Origin: Waterburya sp.
GTDB taxonomy: Bacteria > Cyanobacteriota > Cyanobacteriia > Cyanobacteriales > Xenococcaceae
Reading direction: 5' to 3'
Assembly (NCBI GenBank): GCA_965217895.1
Contig: CBDCJV010000002.1
Coordinates: forward strand, 224,001-288,000
Length of the DNA: 64,000 nt
Below, piece by piece: positions 60,201 through 64,000 of this stretch (the first letter of the stretch is position 1; every line of letters begins with the position of its first letter). The position numbers and the translations under genes were made by a program. Under the pieces are notes generated by a model. The model saw only the letters and a program-made list of their open reading frames with translations, did no database searches and was not told the origin of the DNA.

Positions 60201-60435
60201 TGCTAAGTAAAGGTAATTAGTTTTGCCAAGCACAAAGGAAAAGTAATCGAACTCACCAAGTAACAAATACTATCAAATTGAGCGTAATTGTGATTGTAGC
60301 GCAAATTAATCTCAAAGCCATGAAGTTTGAATGAAGTATATTTTAGTTCATAAGTTTTGATGAAGCACTAGAGAAGGAAAAGTTATATGCTGAAAGTTGT
60401 CGAGACAATAATTATTTGCCGATTTGTAACTATTT

Positions 60436-61059
60436 ATGATGCCAAGTATCGAAGCTATTTCTGCCATGCCCAATGGCGAAAGACCAATCTATTTATTAGT
60501 TGTGCTGCATGGTTGGGGAGCTAATTATCAAGATTTTGTTCCCTTTGCCAAGGTGCTTAATTTTCCTGATTTTGGCTATATGTTTCCCAACGCTCCTTTC
60601 GATCATTTTCAAGTGCCTGGAGGAAAAGCTTGGTATGCCTTAGAAAATAAAGAATTTACTGGTTTAGCTGAAAGTAGAGAGCTACTGCGTGAATGGCTGC
60701 TGTCTTTAGAAGTTTCTACGGGAGTACCTTTAAACAGAACAATTATGGCGGGGTTTTCTCAAGGAGGAGCAATGACTCTAGATGTGGGTTTAACTCTTCC
60801 TTTTGCTGCCTTGTGTAGCTTTAGCGGTTATCTACACTATCAGCCTCAACCTCAAGAAAACAAGATATTTCCGCCAACTTTGATAATTCATGGTAGACAA
60901 GATTCTGTTGTCCCAATTGAAGCTGCCATTAAAGCCAAGGATGAGTTGACTAATATCGGTGTTTCGGTGCAGTATCAGGAGTTTGACATGGCTCACGAAG
61001 TTAAAGATGAGGCGATCGCTTTATTTAAACAGTTTATTACCAACAAGGTTTTGAAATAA
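60436..61059 (+). CDS. alpha/beta hydrolase (phospholipase/carboxylesterase)
   Basis: LHGWG, GFSQG, HGRQD, HE. Confidence 0.9.
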   Translation: MMPSIEAISAMPNGERPIYLLVVLHGWGANYQDFVPFAKVLNFPDFGYMFPNAPFDHFQVPGGKAWYALENKEFTGLAESRELLREWLLSLEVSTGVPLNRTIMAGFSQGGAMTLDVGLTLPFAALCSFSGYLHYQPQPQENKIFPPTLIIHGRQDSVVPIEAAIKAKDELTNIGVSVQYQEFDMAHEVKDEAIALFKQFITNKVLK

Positions 61060-61060
61060 A

Positions 61061-61402
61061 CTACTGTTGCTCATATAAAATCTTTTCAAAACAAACTTGT
61101 CCAACCTCAACCAAAGCAGTCTCCGCCTTTTTATCCGTTGCTGAAGCGGTAGTTAGCTGTTTAAACTCTGCTTGGCTGTATTGTCTCTGAAACTCCTCGA
61201 TGGTGCAGTTACAAAGCTGTTTGGCTTCTGGCTCTTCTAACCCTTCTCCCATAGAAGTTTGCATACATTCACGGTTATAACTCTGGATAAATTCAGGAGA
61301 ATATTTATTTTCTGGTTGAGGAGATATCTTGCCATAGGCAACTGCCACATTGCCTATGGCAAGTAAGGATAAAGTCAATAAAGAGGAGTAAAAATACTGC
61401 AT
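61061..61402 (-). CDS. secreted hypothetical protein with four Cys
   Basis: Signal peptide; C..CNC..C pattern. Confidence 0.65.
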   Translation of the reverse strand: MQYFYSSLLTLSLLAIGNVAVAYGKISPQPENKYSPEFIQSYNRECMQTSMGEGLEEPEAKQLCNCTIEEFQRQYSQAEFKQLTTASATDKKAETALVEVGQVCFEKILYEQQ

Positions 61403-61588
61403 AGCGATCGCGATATGATTAGATAAGACTGCAAGAGAAATAATAGATGTTTCTTGTCTTAAATATGTTCCTCTTTGAGCAAGTTTAAATATTTAGTTTG
61501 TAGTTCGTAGTTAGTCGTTTGTAGTCAAAAAAAAATACTTTAACTGCCCATACTTAATACTTGTTAAATGCTAAATGTTAAATGTTAA

Positions 61589-62521
61589 ATGCCATTAGAT
61601 AGCTCTCAAATTAAAACTGCCGCCATGGAAATCGGCTTTCATTTGGTGGGTATTGCCACGATAGACAACCATCAAGATAATGCGGTGGCACATCTTAAAA
61701 GCTGGTTAGATTTAGGCTATCAAGCTGATATGGCATGGATGGCAAGCCCAAAAAGAGAAGATATTCGTCGCTGTCTACCCCAGGTAAGATCGCTTATTGC
61801 CGTGGCTCTTAATTACTATACTCCTCATCAGCACTCTAACGATCCACAGGTAGGTAAGATTTCTCGTTATGGCTGGGGTAGAGATTATCATAAGGTTATG
61901 GGCAAGAAGCTCAAGGTTCTAAACAACTGGTTGCGATCGCAAGACGAGTCTATTATTACTCGCTACTATGTAGATACTGCCCCCGTACAGGATAAGGTTT
62001 GGGCGCAACGAGCGGGATTAGGTTGGATTGCTAAAAATGGTAATCTAATCAGTCCAAAGTACGGTAGCTGGATCTTTTTGGGTGAAGTGTTAACTAATTT
62101 AGAATTAATTCCAGATACAGCCCATACCAATCATTGTGGTACTTGTACTCGCTGCTTGGAAGCTTGTCCCACTCAGGCAATTGTTACGCCTTATGTAGTA
62201 GACGCTAATCGCTGTATTGCTTATCATACAATTGAAAACCGTGAGCCAAAATTACCTCAGGCGATCGCTAATAATTTATCAGGTTGGATAGCTGGTTGTG
62301 ATATCTGTCAAGATGTTTGTCCCTGGAATCAGCGTTTTGCTCAAGAAACAAACATAAATGATTTTCAGCCTTATCCTGATAATATTCAACCTCAACTAAA
62401 GGAATTAGCATCTATTTCTGAAGTAGAATGGGACGGAAGATTTCGTGCTTCTGCCTTAAGGAGAATTAAGCCTAATATGTGGCGACGGAATGCCCGTGCT
62501 AATCTAGATAAAGAAAAATAA
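61589..62521 (+). CDS. queG: tRNA epoxyqueuosine reductase
   Basis: [47 protein letters not shown]. Confidence 0.95.
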   Translation: MPLDSSQIKTAAMEIGFHLVGIATIDNHQDNAVAHLKSWLDLGYQADMAWMASPKREDIRRCLPQVRSLIAVALNYYTPHQHSNDPQVGKISRYGWGRDYHKVMGKKLKVLNNWLRSQDESIITRYYVDTAPVQDKVWAQRAGLGWIAKNGNLISPKYGSWIFLGEVLTNLELIPDTAHTNHCGTCTRCLEACPTQAIVTPYVVDANRCIAYHTIENREPKLPQAIANNLSGWIAGCDICQDVCPWNQRFAQETNINDFQPYPDNIQPQLKELASISEVEWDGRFRASALRRIKPNMWRRNARANLDKEK

Positions 62522-62572
62522 TTATTTCTTGAAAATCACCTAATATAATATACTTTTAATAATTTTAATTTA

Positions 62573-63238
62573 ATGTCTGCTCAGGTAATTCTATTTGATT
62601 TTGACGGCACGATTGCTGATACATATCAGGCGATCGTTGATATTACTAATAACTTGTCTACGGAATTTGGTTATAAAGCTTTAGCTCAAGAAGAGTTGTT
62701 ATTAATCAAAAACTTAAGCTCTCGCGAAATAGTTAAACGTTCAGAAATATCTATATTTAAACTACCTTTTTTAGTCAGAAGAATTAGAGCCGAATTAAGC
62801 AAAGAGATTGCCGAACTATCGCCAATTCCAGATATGAGTCAGGCATTGTTTGAACTACAAAATAGAGGATATATTTTAGGTATTGTAACTTCAAATATCA
62901 AAGAAAATGTCGAGACGTTTTTAAACAAAAACCAATTAAATTCTCTTTTTAGCTATGTTTATTCCAGCACCTCTATCTTTGGTAAACATCGAATAATTAA
63001 TCAAGCAATCAAAGCCAATAATTTAAATAGATCTCAGGTGATTTATGTAGGCGATGAAACCAGAGATATTAGATCTGCTCGCAAAAGTCAGATTGGCATA
63101 ATATCTGTTGGTTGGGGCTTTAATTCCAGAGCAATATTAGCAGAGTATCAACCTGACTATTTAGTCGATCGCCCTCAAGAATTGCTTAAGGCGATCAAGC
63201 TATATTATTTTCAGCGTACAAAAATTATTGCTAAATAG
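62573..63238 (+). CDS. HAD family hydrolase
   Basis: FDFDGT, TSN, YVGDE.RD. Confidence 0.9.
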   Translation: MSAQVILFDFDGTIADTYQAIVDITNNLSTEFGYKALAQEELLLIKNLSSREIVKRSEISIFKLPFLVRRIRAELSKEIAELSPIPDMSQALFELQNRGYILGIVTSNIKENVETFLNKNQLNSLFSYVYSSTSIFGKHRIINQAIKANNLNRSQVIYVGDETRDIRSARKSQIGIISVGWGFNSRAILAEYQPDYLVDRPQELLKAIKLYYFQRTKIIAK

Positions 63239-63261
63239 CTGTCGTCGGCAAGAATAATTAA

Positions 63262-63433
63262 ACTGATGTTACGCACTCATCGATCTGTAAGGCTTGGGGA
63301 CTTGGGGACTGTAGAAAGTAAAAAGTAAAAAGTAAGAAGTAAAAAGTAAGAAGTAACACTGCTCCCCGTCACCTCGTCACCCGCGCTCCTCGTCACCTCG
63401 TCACAGCAGTTAGATTAAATACGTAACGTCAGT
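63262..63433. mobile_element. MITE-like element filled with heptamer/nonamer repeats
   Basis: ACTGATGTTACG ... CGTAACGTCAGT ends; (AAAGTAA)n and CCTCGTCAC repeats. Confidence 0.55.
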
Positions 63434-63435
63434 AA

Positions 63436-63840
63436 CTAAAGGTTAGTGGAAATGGCAGCTACGGGACAAGTAGGAATGCACTGTTCACAAACGATACAGC
63501 GCGATCGCTTGAATTCCAGTCTAAATGTCTCTGGATTTAATACCAAAGCCTGGGTAGGACATACCCCCGTACATAAACCACAGTCTACACAGCTTTTTTC
63601 ATCTATTACAATCTCGCCAGTGGCAGAAAATACATTGATGTCTCGCATTCTCATCCACTCGATCGCAGCATCAATTTGGTCGATGTCTCCCTGCAATTCA
63701 ACGACTAGTTTACCCATTTGGTTAGGGGCAACCTGAGCGCGGATAATATTGGCAGCTACATTAAAGTCTTTGGCTAAACGATAAGTAAGGGGAATTTGCA
63801 CCGCCGTTTTAGGAAAAGTTATCGTTACCCGTTTTTTCAT
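63436..63840 (-). CDS. NIL domain plus 2x[4Fe-4S] ferredoxin
   Basis: NIIRA NIL motif; CVDCGLCTGVCP and CIVCEQCIPTCP. Confidence 0.92.
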   Translation of the reverse strand: MKKRVTITFPKTAVQIPLTYRLAKDFNVAANIIRAQVAPNQMGKLVVELQGDIDQIDAAIEWMRMRDINVFSATGEIVIDEKSCVDCGLCTGVCPTQALVLNPETFRLEFKRSRCIVCEQCIPTCPVAAISTNL

Positions 63841-63895
63841 AGAGAGTTATAGATAGAATAAGAAACGCGAATAGATAATATCTCTAAGTTTAATA

Positions 63896-64000
63896 ATGAG
63901 CGAAACACAACTAAAACCCAATACTAACAATTCTGTCAGAAATATAGTTATAGCGATCGCAGCAGTGGTCTTAAGCGTTGCTTTGTTTTTAGGTTTGCAA
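63896..64000 (+). CDS. start of TxlA-like thioredoxin-domain protein (cut by window end)
   Basis: MSETQLKPNTNNSVRNIVIAIAAVVLSVALFLGLQ; divergent from the NIL-ferredoxin gene. Confidence 0.5.
   Translation, partial: MSETQLKPNTNNSVRNIVIAIAAVVLSVALFLGLQ

Overview
AT-rich cyanobacterial chromosome segment. The HIP1 octamer GCGATCGC is very frequent, and psb28, nblA and ycf37-like genes are present. Four blocks are visible. (1) 3-11.5 kb and 22-44.3 kb: a large general-stress/desiccation-type gene cluster (Hsp20, GlsB, CsbD, DUF1206, DUF2382/PRC, TIGR02587/8, three MscS channels, glucose dehydrogenase, amylase, NblA, an extra group-2-like sigma factor, two receiver proteins). About 17 of its promoters share a 16-bp palindrome, TCTATC-N4-GATAGA, usually 22 nt before a TANNNT -10 box. 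(2) 11.7-22.1 kb: an accessory island with a paired AAA-like NTPase and NTPase-WD40, plus a cassette-like array in which cargo genes are each preceded by a copy of the 3' end of an ABC substrate-binding-protein gene. (3) Mobile elements: a frameshifted IS630 with three MITEs sharing its ends, several other MITEs, a full-length group II intron inserted in a hairpin with an apparent ~30-nt 3' extension after domain VI, and a solitary integron attC-like site with a decayed toxin-antitoxin cassette inside a broken CSLREA/RTX gene. (4) 46-64 kb: mostly housekeeping genes. No rRNA, tRNA or CRISPR array was seen. All family calls come from recognising motifs by eye, not from database searches.
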